Made by a program: the position numbers and the translations under genes. From NCBI RefSeq assembly GCF_006345805.1, contig NC_043022.1, forward strand, positions 62,001 to 126,000: a DNA stretch of 64,000 nt, read 5' to 3'. The notes under the pieces are model-generated. The model worked only from the letters and a program-made list of their open reading frames with translations, did not search any database and was not told where the DNA came from. Of this stretch, positions 26,173 to 39,250 are shown piece by piece (position 1 is the first letter of the stretch; each line of letters starts with the position of its first letter). This DNA is from Octopus sinensis (taxonomy: Eukaryota).

Positions 26173-26327
26173 GTGCGTGTGCGCGTGTCTATACATATTC
26201 ATGCATATATGCGCGTCGACAGACACACACGCGCAAGCATGCTCGAGGCTATAGTAGAAGACACTTGGCTAAGGTGCCACGCAGTGGGACTGAACCCGAA
26301 ACCATGTGGTTACTAAGCAAGCTACTT

Positions 26328-28371
26328 TATTTCATAAATTTGTCATATAGACAGTACAAAGAGCTTTGCGGGCTGGACGAACACATTAATGAATGAAAAT
26401 GAAATATAATGAATAAATGAGAGACGAAACCCAACACCCGCCGATTGGATTTTTCTCGAAAACATATTTTCTTTTTTTTTTTTTAAATCAATATAATGTT
26501 TCAAACCTCTTACAAGAAGGAGGCACTAAAACCTCTTACTTAACATATTTTCTTTTTTTTTTTAATACAAAATTGAGGTTATAAACCACTACAAAATAAT
26601 CCAATAAGGTGAGGTTTCAAACCCTGTAACGAGGGTCTTTCACCTCCTACTCTTCGATATATCCATCGATATTTTCATCATTATCTTCAATGCCGCTTGA
26701 GTTCCTGTATCCCGCCATTTCCCATGCCTCACTCATGTACGACATGTAAGTCGTATAAGGACCACCCGGCCATATGCGACACTCATCACCAAATCCTTTA
26801 AGCCTTTCCTACAAAGGGAAACCTTATGACCTCCACAGCTATCTGCGGAGGCCATTCGGGATCCCGTGTAAAGGGCATATCTACTGTTTCTTTATGTTCT
26901 TCTACTATTTTTTCCACCTCCCCGCCCTTGTAGAAAAAGATAATTAATTGATCATCTTTAAGGATGGGGGTGGTTTCTTCCACCGTTGGTGGCACAACTT
27001 CGGGACATGCAGTCGGCACATCATCTCCCCGCTGAGATAACCCGTTGTTCTTTCTTCTTTTTTTCTTTTCTTCCTGGCTTCGGGAGAGTAGAGCTCTTCC
27101 ACTTTGACCGGAGACTCTTCCCCCGCCTCCCGAAGCCTTAGGTTCCTTCGGCGGGCAACTATTGTTGCCCGCCGCCTTCTTTTTTAATCTTTTTTGAGCT
27201 GAGGAAGCTGAAGCCTCCTCGACCACATCCACCTCTCCCTTTGACCGGGTAGGGGAGGTGGCATCTAGTGACTGTTCCAGAACCTTACCATGGTCCTGGG
27301 GGCAGTTTCTTTTAATGTGGTCTGGATGCAGGCACGAGTGACACTTTGGGGGACGTCCCTCAAGTATCACCGGATACCTGCAGCCAGCCATTTTCAAGAA
27401 ATCTGGAAAAACCAGTTCTGTTGCGGCCGATGGGGTCCACAGGGTCAAAATCACTTTTGATCCTTCCCAATCGACCGCCGGCAATACCCTTACATTTAAG
27501 AGCCTGGGCCCGCCATCCCCCAGTCCCCATCGGATAGTATCTTCAATCCAATCCGCTTCGGTGCCCGGGGGCAGCCCACATACCCAGGCTCGTATTAATT
27601 TTCTTCCACAATATGGCGGGAGAAACAGAATTTCCTTGCCTTCTAAAGGCTGACTCGCAAACTGGCGAGCCTTTTCCCCGTTGTCAAACAGTAACCATAC
27701 GGATGTATGTTTGACACCACGGGATATATATTTTACAGAGGACAAATGTTCTTTAAGTTCATTTTTTATGACTTGTTTTGGGAAGACGGTGATGGAATTA
27801 AGAACTTTAGAATACGTTCTAAGTACCATCGTCTTCTCCTCCATATCTTTTAATCACTGCTTAGGCGGGTTAATTTCCCACTCTAAGACAGAGTTTTTCT
27901 TTTTAAGTTCCTTCTTTGCCATGTCAAAAAAACAGTTCAAAAGTAGTTCAAAGACAGTCTGCCAAAAAATTAAATCGAATAAAAATAAAACAAAAAGAGG
28001 AGGGGAGAAACTGAAATTAAAGTAATGAAAAGAATGAACCAAAATTTAGAAAAAGAAAAATAGAAGAAGGGAAAAGTAAAAGAAAAACCTCACAAATAGC
28101 ACAAGACAGGGAATCCTTTGTATAATACTCCAAAAAGGTAATCCAAAAGGGTAATCCAAATGGCTTATTCTTATTTTTCTGACGAGATACGCCCACTAGA
28201 ATTCACAAGAAGAATTCTCAATTCACCGCTACGGTGATGAGAACCCAGTATTTTGCTCGCTATAGCGAGCCATGATTGACAATTTTTCTTTGTTCTTTTT
28301 TTCTGTTCACGGAGCCGAAACTCACATCTGCTCACTGTAACAGTCCGGACCAACTAGTGTTGCATTCTGGG
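26328..28371 (-). mobile_element. ORF1-only (HAL1-like) Tx1-type non-LTR element with 14 bp TSD
   Basis: TAAGCAAGCTACTT at 26314-26327 and 28372-28385. A-rich 3' end, a single ORF1, and no EN/RT motifs seen. Confidence 0.8.
26798..27844 (-). CDS. Tx1-type ORF1 (gag-like) protein with CCHC zinc knuckle, 348 aa
   Basis: CHSCLHPDHIKRNC = CX2CX4HX4C. ARQFASQPLEGKEILFLPPYCG is similar to ARQISTQTLKNENIILLPLYLG in ORF1 at 48599-49555. Confidence 0.8.
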   Translation of the reverse strand: MEEKTMVLRTYSKVLNSITVFPKQVIKNELKEHLSSVKYISRGVKHTSVWLLFDNGEKARQFASQPLEGKEILFLPPYCGRKLIRAWVCGLPPGTEADWIEDTIRWGLGDGGPRLLNVRVLPAVDWEGSKVILTLWTPSAATELVFPDFLKMAGCRYPVILEGRPPKCHSCLHPDHIKRNCPQDHGKVLEQSLDATSPTRSKGEVDVVEEASASSAQKRLKKKAAGNNSCPPKEPKASGGGGRVSGQSGRALLSRSQEEKKKRRKNNGLSQRGDDVPTACPEVVPPTVEETTPILKDDQLIIFFYKGGEVEKIVEEHKETVDMPFTRDPEWPPQIAVEVIRFPFVGKA

Positions 28372-28499
28372 TAAGCAAGCTACTTACCACACAGCCACTC
28401 CTGCGCCTATAAATTATTATATTAATAGTATTTGAAATCATTACACGTCCAGATTTGTATAATTTGTTTCATGTATGTATTTTCATGTTTATATTTGAA

Positions 28500-28940
28500 A
28501 TCTGGGTGATAGATATCTAGAAATGACACATTTCTGGAAAGTTTTTCATTTTAACCGATCCAGTGGTGGCTTGGATCTGTAGTCGTCGAATCAGCTTTCT
28601 TGTTTCTGGTTTTGAGAAACTTAATTTCTCACGATTAGGCATTATGCTGCATATCCCAGTACTCCAGCAATTACAGTTTACAAGTTCAGGTTTATACGCC
28701 AACTTATAATATAGGGAGAGTAACTGTAGGTTTCTCGAGAGTTCAAGAGTTGTTTTTAAGATCCTTAGCATTTTGTTAACATCTGTTGTTCAGCTGATGT
28801 CCACAGCTGTACACAGATTCTCTTCTCCGACGCAAATCTTAACTGTCCCGTCGATTATGTTTATATCTTATTGAGGTTTTTACTGGGACATTTCACCTTC
28901 TTATGAGTGGCTATGGATTTTACTATCTCGCGGGTTCTTA
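28500..28940 (-). mobile_element. Decayed REL-type LINE 3' end
   Basis: RNLQLLSLYYK..LSFSKPETRKLIRRLQIQATTGSVK..F* resembles the C-terminus of REL-endonuclease LINEs. Confidence 0.55.
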
Positions 28941-29039
28941 ATATGTATGTGTGTGTGTGTGATTTATTGAGTCAATACTTTACAAAAGCTGAATAAATGC
29001 TTATTTTTTTTAGAGAGAGAGAGAGATTGTGTGAAATAT

Positions 29040-29423
29040 ATATATATAAAGCTGAAGTTGTCTGTGTGTGGCAGGTTTGGTAGCCTTCAACTAACACTAT
29101 CTCTTCCGAGACCACACCGCGCAAGTTGACCAAAATTGAGAGTATGATAGAAGAAGGCTTGCTCTTCATTCCGTAGAAGATAGAATTCAAATCGGACCAT
29201 GTTATGACCAAAAATTATCTACATCAAAAAGGTGCTTTTTCTATGAAAATCCCTAGTTTTTACGATTTTTTGACTGCTGTGTCAGCATTTTTCGATGTAT
29301 TTCAACCAGAAAAATGTTCACTTAAAGAGAATAACAAGATACATAATGCAAAATTTTTACTTTCAAAAATTACAAATCTAAAGGGTGGAAACAAACCCAA
29401 GCAACGCCGGGCGATACTGCTAG
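29040..29423 (+). mobile_element. Non-autonomous Helitron
   Basis: 5' tatataaagctgaagttg; 3' GC-rich gcaacgccgggcgatactgCTAG|T, the same end as 52954-53352. Confidence 0.75.
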
Positions 29424-30101
29424 TATTTTCATAAACGAAGGTATGTTGTTTTTTCACTTGACTTAACCTTTAGAATCTACTTTAACACTGTTTTGTATGT
29501 ATCGGTTTACTACAATGTATCACAGAATTTTAATGCAAAATGGGTGACGCAATACTGCAATGCAGTGGTAAGCAATTAAAAATCTCCCATCTCAGCGTCG
29601 TCGTAATTTAGCATATTGTACAGACATACTGTGTGTTGTATGTGTGCGTGCGTAGGTTTGTGTGAGTTTTTATGTACATAGATGGATACGTGTTATAGGT
29701 ATGTTTTAATATACATGTCTACATACCTCTTTATATATATATATATACGTACACAAACGTATAAAGTAACAAGTATATATATATATATATATGATATATA
29801 TATTATATATATACCGAGTAAATACATAATGTGAAACAAGGTGGAAAAAAAGTACTCAAATACCAGTGGTAGAGTAATATGCTTTATTTAAGCAGCAGAA
29901 AATTCAACAAAAACCTGTTACTCTAGTTTCCCGTTGCGGTTCATCGGCGGTTTTTTGCTATATGTATGTATTAGTATGTATGTATATATGTATATACTTA
30001 TATAACGGGAAGCTTTATGAAATAAACAAAAGACGAAGGCAGGTGGAAAACAAACGAACAATTGTATTAGTATGGCGCTCAGGAAATATAAATAAAACAA
30101 G

Positions 30102-30139
30102 TCTTTAACGTTTCGAGCCTACGCTCTTCAACAGAAAGA
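30102..30139 (-). ncRNA. Minimal hammerhead motif E with variant core in the Neptune pLTR (second copy 34439-34475; decayed relative ~38563-38600)
   Basis: UCUUU-CUGUUGA-a GAG cguagg CUC-GAAA-C GUU-AAAGA. A6 to U substitution; palindromic ACGU. Confidence 0.6.
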
Positions 30140-30839
30140 TACACAGAGAGAGAAAAACACAGAAAGAAGGAGAGAAAAATGCGTGCAGTAGCTAACGAAT
30201 CAACATGGCGATCTGATTTCGGCCAGAGGTCAAAGATCAAACATGAGACGCGAGAGCGAAATAAGGGGAGATAATAGGGTTGATAAAGGGTTGAGGGACC
30301 AGCTAAAAGTGCGTGGGAGGGGTCTGGATGTGTGTATGTATAGGGTTGGTGTATGTATTAGTATGTATAAGGGTGTGTGTGTGTGTGTGTGTGTGTATGA
30401 GAGAGTATTAGTGCGTAGGATTGGTCTGGACGTGCGTATGTATGGGGTTGTGTATGGTATTAGTATGTATTAGTACGTATTGGTATTATAGGTGTGTGTG
30501 TGTGTGAGAGAGTATAAGTGCGTATGCGGGGTCTGGACGTGTGTATGTATAGGGTTGGTGTAAGTATTAGTATGTACTAGTATGTATTAGTACGTATTAT
30601 TAGTATGTATTAGTTGGTGTGTGTATTAGTATGGCACATCATATGTGATGTGATGTGTAAAGTCATGTGGTGTAAAAGTGAGGGAGAGAGGGAAGGGGAG
30701 AAGGAGGGGGGAGAGAAGGTGAGGGGAAGAAGGAGGGGGGAAAAGAGGGAAGGGGAGTAGGGGTGAAAGGATGAAGGACTGAAGAAGTAGGGGTCGGGGG
30801 GGAGAAGGATAGGTGAGGAGGGGGGGAGGGGATTAGATG

Positions 30840-33720
30840 AGGAGGGGGGGGAGTTGAGACCAAATGGCGTATAAGAGCGAAGAGAGAAGATTAATTCCTG
30901 TTCACGGCGCAAACGGGAATCCGGATGGCCTCTGTGTAAGGACAACCGACCACAATAGGTGTTGCAAGGAGTGACCGGTGGAGCGGAATGGCGTGAGACC
31001 GTGTGTCGTTCGCAAGGTGGATGTCACGAAGGTGTTCCGCGAACCGGTCAGCCAAGCGGCGTCCCGTTTGTCCCGATGTACAAGGAATTGCAGAGAGAGC
31101 AAGAGATGCAATAGATAATATTGCTGGAGGTGCAGGTGAAGGAGTGGATGATGGATAGGGTCGATGGTGGGTGCTAGTGAGGCGGGTGGTGTTGGAGAGG
31201 TAAGGGCAAGTGCGGCAACGTGGGCGGGAGCAGGGGAACGAGCCGGGTTGGGAGGTAGGGTCAGGGAAGGAGCTATGGACCAAAAGGTCTCGAAGGTTGT
31301 GGGCTCGTTTGAAAGAGGGGAGGGGTCGGTTAGGGAAGAGGTGTGAATGGGCGGGTCGGACTGGAGATGACGGAAAGCTCGAAGAATGGTGCGTTGGAGA
31401 CGTAGGGTCGTGGGGTGGTAAGTGAGGGGAAAAGGGAGGCGGGAGACTACAGGGCGGGTTCGGGAGAGAGAGCAGATACACGGTCCACGGACCGTGCTCT
31501 GGCAAGGGCGGTGTGGATAGTGGTGAGGGGGTATCCACGTAGGGTGAAGTGGTGAGCCATACGTTGAGACTGAGTCTCAAGTCATGGTCGTCACTACAGA
31601 GCCTACGTAGACGGAGGAATTGGGAATAGGGGATGGAAAGCTTGGTGTGTTCTGGGTGGGAGGAAGAGAAGTTGAGGTATGAGTGTGAGTCTGTGTGTTT
31701 GTAGTGAATGGAGGTGGTAAGAGTGGAGTGAAGAATGCTAACCGAAATGTCGAGGAAGGAGACAGAGGTGTTGGAGATAGTGGAAGTGAAGTGGAGGGCT
31801 GGATGGAAAGATTGGACGAAAGAGAGGAAGGAATCTAGATGTTCGCGGGAGAGTGAGGTGGCACCGATAATGTCGTCAATATAACGACCATATAGTTCAG
31901 GAGTGGGACCAGTGAAATTAGAGAATATTTGGGCCTCAACATAGCCAACGAACAGGTTCGCATAGTTTGGGGCCCATTCGCGTTCCCATGGCCACTCCCG
32001 AGACCTGATGGTAGAACTCGCCCGCGAACGAGAAGCAGTTCAGAGTAAGGACAAGTTCGGCCAGACGAATGAGTGTGGAGGTGTCAGGTACAGGGTTAGA
32101 GCGGAGGTCAAGAAAGTGTCGAAGGGCCTGCAGTCCTTCGTGGTGAGGGATAACAGTATAGAGGCTTTGGATGTCCATAGTAAAAAGGATTTTGGAGGAG
32201 CCGGGAGGAAAGGAGAAAGAGTTGAAAAGCCGGAGAGCATGGTTGGTATCGTGGATGTGGGAGGGAAGAGATGCCACTAGGGGGGCAAGGACACGGTCGA
32301 GGTATTTAGAGATGAGCTCCGTGGGGCAGTTACAGGCGGAGACGATGGGGCGGCAGGGTTTGTTGTTTGTGGATTTTGGGGAGGAAGTAAATGGTGGGGT
32401 ACGTGGGGTTCGCACAATTAGGTTGGATGCGGTGCGGGGGAGACGGGAGGACGAGATGAGGTCTTGGACAGTAGAGGATACCGTCTGTTGGTAGCTACGT
32501 GTGGGGTTAGAGGGCAGAGGGGAATAGAAGGAGGTGTCATTGAGTTGGCGGAAAGCCTCGGCCCTATAGAGGTCCGCGCGCCACACCACTACAGCTCCAC
32601 CCTTGTCAGCCGGTTTGATGATAATGTCAGCGCGCCGTTGGAGGGAACGAAGAGCCAAGAGCTCAGCCGGGGAGATGTTGAGGCGGCGTTGGCGCCTGGA
32701 GAAGTTGAACCGCTCCAATGCACGCTGACAAGCGCCCGCGAAAAGATCCACTGCTAGGATCTGGCCAGGGGCAGGCGTCCACGGGGATGGTCGGCGGCCC
32801 AGGCCAGTGAAGCAAGTCTCCTCTTCGTTGGGTGTGGGTGGCGAGTCGTGGTAATGCGCACCCAACCGGACACGGCGCACAAAGCTGTGGACATCAACTC
32901 GCGTCTGGAATTCCTTACAGGATGGAGTGAGGGGGATGAAACGCAGACCCCTACCAAGGACGGAGCGTTCAGCCGCAGAGAGGGGAAGATCGGGGGAATG
33001 GTAACAACAGACGGAAGTGGAGAAGGGGTGGGTGGAATAGAAGTAGGAGGGGTGGTAGGTCTCGTGGAGGTCTGAGGGGGAGGGATTGGGAGGTGTGTGG
33101 GGGGTGGTTGGGCGGGGCAGTAGGTTTGGTGTGTGGATGGAGCCTAACGGGAGGGGAGAAGGGTTGTAGGAGGGGCAGTGGGGTTAGGTGTGGGTGGATG
33201 GAGCCTATCGGGAGGGAGAAGGGTGGTGGAGGAGTTGGGGTAGTGGCGTCGGGTAGGGTGGAATGGAAGAGTGATTGGAGTTTACGAAGTTTGGTATCAG
33301 AAAGAAATTGATGGAAGAGTTGATTCAAATGGATAATGAAGCGTAGCGTGTTTGGAGCATAGAGAGGCGGCAGAGAGGAGAAGAAGGTGGAGAAAGCAGG
33401 AGGAAGAAGGCGGTTGATGGCATGTAGTTTGGAGAGATTGGAGCGAATGGTGGCCCGCATAAGGCGGTAAGATGTGGTGCGGAGTATGGGTAAGATGGAA
33501 GAATCCGAGTGGAGAGCAGGGTGGAAGTGGAGGCGGAAACCTTTAGGGATGAGTCGGTGATGTAGGCAGCGGCTTAGGAAAGAGACATGGCTAGAGAAGC
33601 GGGGTTTTTTAAAAGAAGTAGAGAGAGATTAACGGACGGCTGAAGGCAATATACAGGAAGCGAACGTAGATGATCCTTCAAACGGTGATGGAGTGAGGAG
33701 GTAGGACCTAGGATCCGGCA
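30840..33720 (-). pseudogene. PLE RT/GIY-YIG ORF, frameshifted
   Basis: RHVSFLSRCLHHRLIPKGF-like N-terminus, KPADKGGAVVVW, CRPIVS, TMDIQSLYT, GVAMGTRMGP, GRYIDD (~31872-31890), CSRPRCRTC linker, IIYCISCSLCNSLYIG, RLADRFAEH, EQELIFSLRSYTPFGLN. Confidence 0.9.
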
Positions 33721-35292
33721 TGATGGGATAGCGGAAAAAAACGTTCGAAAAAAACAAAAAAAACAAAAAAATTATCGTATGAAAAAAATAGAAAAAAAGG
33801 ATAGCGAAAAAGGGGAAAAAACAAACGTTCAAAAAAACAAAAAAATAATAATCGTATGAAAAAACTAGATAAGTAAGCGATAGGGGCAGAAAAGACGGGG
33901 CAAACGGAAAAGGGAAAGAAAGAAGGGAAGCAGAGAGAGGGGGAGGCAAAAAAAAGGGGGGGTGCAGGCAGAGGAAACGGAGTATGGACATCCAGAGAGG
34001 GAAGAAAGACGGAAAGGAGAACAAAAATTCAGGAAAATGTGGAAAGCATGAAATGAATGTAAAAAAAGTGGTAATATAAGAGAAAATAAAAATACAACAA
34101 ACGGGACAGTTTATGCGAACAAGTTCAAGGTTGAAAGTTCAAGGTGAGAAATGTGTAGACGTCGTGGTATATTTTTTAAGGATTTCACATCAATGCAAAG
34201 TCACTTTGATCCGCGAAAGAGAGGTGCAGCCAATGGTAAGTATCCAAGAGGTAAAGAAAATCCAAGGTAGAGGTAAGTGTTGATAGTGGTATTGGTAGAA
34301 TATAGGATGAAAGTGAGACCACGTGAGCGCATAATATATAACGGGAAGCTTTATGAAAATAAACAAAAGACGAAGGCAGGTGGAAAACAAACGAACAATT
34401 GTATTAGTATGGCGCTCAGGAAATATAAATAAAACAAGTCTTTAACGTTTCGAGCCTACGCTCTTCAACAGAAGATACACAGAGAGAGAAAAACACAGAA
34501 AGAAGGAGAGAAAAAAATGCGTGCAGTAGCTAACGAATCAACATGGCGATCTGATTTCGGCCAGAGGTCAAAGATCAAACATGAGACGCGAGAGCGAAAT
34601 AAGGGGAGATAATAGGGTTGATAAAAGGGTTGAGGGACCAGCTAAAAGTGCGTGGGAGGGGTCTGGATGTGTGTATTAAGGGTTGGTGTATGTATTAGTA
34701 TGTATAAGGGTGTGTGTGTGTGTGTGTGTGTGTATGAGAGAGTATTAGTGCGTAGGATTGGTCTGGACGTGCGTATGTATGGGTTTGGTGTATGTATTAG
34801 TATGTATTAGTACGTATTGGTATGTATAGGTGTGTGTGTGTGTGAGAGAGTATAAGTGCGTATGCGGGGTCTGGACGTGTGTATGTATAAGGTTGGTGTA
34901 AGTATTAGTATGTACTAGTATGTATTAGTACGTATTAGTATGTATTAGTTGGGTGTGTTATTAGTATGGCACATCATATGTGATGTGATGTGTAAAGTCA
35001 TGTGGTGTAGTGAGGAGAAGAGGGAGAGGGGGAGAAGAGGGGGGTGAGAAGGGGAGGGGAAGAAGTGAGGGAGGAATCAGGGGGAAGAGGAATATATATA
35101 TGTGTATGTATAAATGAGCGTCTATGGTAGAAATATGTGTGTGTGAATGTATATTTATTTGTATATAAATTCTATATATATTTTATATGTTATATATAGG
35201 TATGTATGTATATAGGTCTTTATATCTATGTGCATATTTTCGTTGTATACATCTATATATTTTATGCATATCTGTGTAAAAGTATATGTACT

Positions 35293-35341
<49 letters not shown>

Positions 35342-35356
35342 ACACATACACATATA

Positions 35357-36978
35357 CAGTTGCGGCCAAAATGTTCAGAACGGCATTGTTTTCGTCAGAA
35401 AAGTTGGTATACGTTTTTATCAAAGTTGTTGTATATTCCAAATTTTTAGAGGCAATACATACGATATTATTTGTTATTGTCTGGGATTTTGGTGTAATTT
35501 GAGAGGATAATACAAAAGTTATGGATGATTTACTGCAAAACCCATGGCGGCCAAAATGATCAGAACGGTTGCTTTTACTCCGTGTTTTAGTATATTTAAC
35601 CGTCAAATTCTAATATTTTGAATTTGGTTACGTGATGGTTCGTTTACTAAACATTAGTAAGAATATCTGCAGTGTACTTTGTTAATATAATGCCACTTAC
35701 TCCGTTACCAATTCGTCAGCAGATTATTAAGCTTCGAAAGAAGGATAATTTAAGTATTAGGTCTATTGCAAAGATTGTTAACGAGTCAAAAAGTGTTGTT
35801 CACGGTATTCTTAAGGTCTACGATGATTGTGGTTCGTGTGAAGCAAGAAAGTCTACAGGTAGGCCAAGAAAAACGACCAAGAGAGAAGATCGTGCTATGG
35901 TAAAGTTGGTTAAAAAGGACAGATTTAAAACTGCTGCTGCTGTTTTTCGGGAAATGAGCATTGTACTGAAGAAAACCTTATCTCGAAAAACTGTGTCTCG
36001 TCCTTTAGTTGAACATGGCCTACAAGCAAGAGCACCTGCAGTGAAGCCACTGATCAGCTCCAAGAATAAAAAGTGTCGTCTTACCTTTGCAACCGAACAT
36101 GTGTTGTGGTCTCAAGAAAAATGGCAAACGGTGCATTTCAGTGATGAATCTAAGTCTATGTTATTTGGCTCAGATGGGAAAAGGTACGTTCGTCGAAAAG
36201 TAGGTGAAAAATTGTCGCCTAAATGGCCTTAAGACTAGTGTTAAATTCGGTGGAGGAAGTGTCATGGTTTGGGAGATGATATCTGGAGATGTTGTGGGCC
36301 CTTTGCTGCGATTACATGTAAATGTAAATGCAGGAGTTTATAAACAACTTGTAAAAGATCACGTGTTGCCTGTGCTGAGAAATTCAACTAAGCGACCACC
36401 CATATTCATGCAGGACAATGCCCCATGTCACAAGGCTAAGGTGGTCATGAACTTCCTCAAGGCTGAAAAAGTTATTGCTATGGATTGGCCTGCTCAAAGC
36501 CCAGACCTCAATCCTATTAAAAATGTGTGGAATATTCTAGGAGAACGGTTGAAAGCCAGAAATCCTAAAACAACTGAGCAATTATGGAATGCCCTTCAGG
36601 AAGAATGGAATAAGATCACCCAGCAAGAAATTGAAAATTTAATTTCCCCATGCAGTCGAAAATGTCAAACTTTGATTGAAGCTAAAGGGCTTCACACTAA
36701 ATATGAAATAATTCCAGTATTCTCTGTCACTCTTTGATTATTTTGTTATTTTTTCAACCGTTCTGATCATTTTGGCCACCATGGGTTTTGCAGTAAATCA
36801 CTATATCCTCCATAACTTTTGTATTATCCACTCAAATTACACCAAAATCTCAGACAATATCAATTAATATCGTATTTATTGTTTGTGAAAATTATAGAAT
36901 ATAAAACAACTTTAATATAAACTTATACCTACTTTTCTGACAAAAACAATGGCGTTCTGAACATTTTGGCATCAAATG
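35357..36978 (+). mobile_element. Full-length Tc1 element (1622 bp) with ~215-225 bp IR/DR-type TIRs and TA TSD
   Basis: TA|CAGTTGCGGCCAAAATGTTCAGAACG ... CGTTCTGAACATTTTGGCATCAAATG|TA. Inner direct repeats at 35546-35571 and from 36755. Confidence 0.92.
35687..36737 (+). pseudogene. Tc1 DD34E transposase, frameshift at ~36230, catalytic E replaced by K
   Basis: HTH, GRPRKT, FSDES, MQDNAPCH; 34 residues from the second D to NPIK (normally NPIE). Confidence 0.92.
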
Positions 36979-37479
36979 TATATATATGTATGATGTATAT
37001 ATATATGTATGTATGTATGTAGACATTTAAGTTTTGTTATGTTTTAGAGAATTAATTCAAAATATTGAATATTTTACTCCATATTCTTGTACTTAATGTA
37101 AAAGACAGCTTTTTTAAAAATAAATTTGATATTAATACATATTACAAATAAGCTGTGTTCGTTATACTAAATAATTATATGTATAAATTTATTAATTTAA
37201 TTCAATAATTAATTCGCGATAATTATAATGATAATAATAATAATGATAATAAAAACAAATAGTTTTATTTCCCTTATTAAATTTAATAACCATATTGATA
37301 ATTATAGTTTCTAAAGTTTGTAACGTGTATTCTTATTACAATATTACATTGTTACTTATGAAAGAACTAGCATCATAGCATTATAGCGTGTTAATTTTTA
37401 TGTTTTTGATTTATTTTTAGTGTTGCTAAATATGCTTTGCTAAAATTGCTGTTTGTTTCTGGATATCATCAGAAAAAGG

Positions 37480-38389
<910 letters not shown>

Positions 38390-38644
38390 TACATATATAC
38401 ATACATATATACATACATACATATCTGTCTACCTGTCTGTATTTGATTGTATGTGGAAATATATATATATATAGGGAGAATTCACGAAAAAAACAAAAGA
38501 GGAAGACAGGCGGTGTAGAAAACAAACAAATGTATTAGTATCACGCACGGGAATTGAAAAGGTCGTTTACCTTTCGAGCCTACGCTCTTCCATAGAAAGG
38601 AACACAGAAAGAAACCAGGAGAGAAAGAAAATGTGTGTCGTGGC

Positions 38645-39250
38645 TGGCAATGCAAACATCTCAAATCATATACAATATTATTATAGGAAGACGTTCAAAA
38701 TTTACAGCTGTTTCAGGGATAACCCCAAGAATAGGATATTCCGTCATCAAAGACAAATAGGGGTAAAAGTTATGGAAGATGAAAACTGTAATATATTAAG
38801 GAGATGGAAAGACAGAAGAAAACTGAAACAGTTCATCTTAGCGAAGTTATAGAAGCCAGAGCGTTAGTTCTGAGGTTCAATCCTTCATAGATCCATGAGT
38901 GTAAGTCCTTGGGATTGCACCTAACTACCTACGCTCATGGATCGTTGCAGGATTGCATCTAAGGACTCATGCTTTCGCTTCTATAAACTCGGAAAGGTCA
39001 ACTATAAGGTTTTATGCTTCTTTTTTCCTCTCTCTTTCCATCTCTTTATTCTTTTCCTCAATTCCCCTATTTTGTAATGTAATTAACATATGCCATTCTC
39101 ATTTTCCATATTTCTTCCCTTATTTGTCTCCGATGACGGAGATATCCCATTCTCGCGGATATCCCAGAAACAGCTGTGAGATTTTGAATTTCTTCCGTTA
39201 ATAATATTGTATATGACTTGAGATGTTTGGCTTGTCTTAATGTTTGACGT
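38645..39250. repeat. Old fold-back unit H with diverged arms, centre ~38915
   Basis: 38650-38890 reverse complement aligns by eye (~70-80%) to 38940-39250. Confidence 0.65.
39126..39182 (+). ncRNA. Degenerate hammerhead H (mirror on - strand at 38699-38754)
   Basis: Right arm GUCU-CCGAUGA..GAUAUCC/GGAUAUC..GAAA-C agcu GUG-AGAU; left arm UUGAUGA..GAAA-C agcu GUA. Confidence 0.5.

Larger units (their letters stand above)
26243..28408 (-). mobile_element. SINE family 1 head split into 28372-28408 and 26243-26327 by an inserted element
   Basis: Removing 26328-28371 and one TSD copy restores gaaaccatgtggt..taagcaagctacttaccacacagccactcctgcgcct. Confidence 0.85.
29999..35090 (-). mobile_element. 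Near-complete Neptune-type Penelope-like retrotransposon with direct pseudo-LTRs (29999-~30800 and 34335-~35090)
   Basis: RT plus GIY-YIG coding region between two ~750 bp direct repeats; GC/purine-rich island. Confidence 0.9.
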
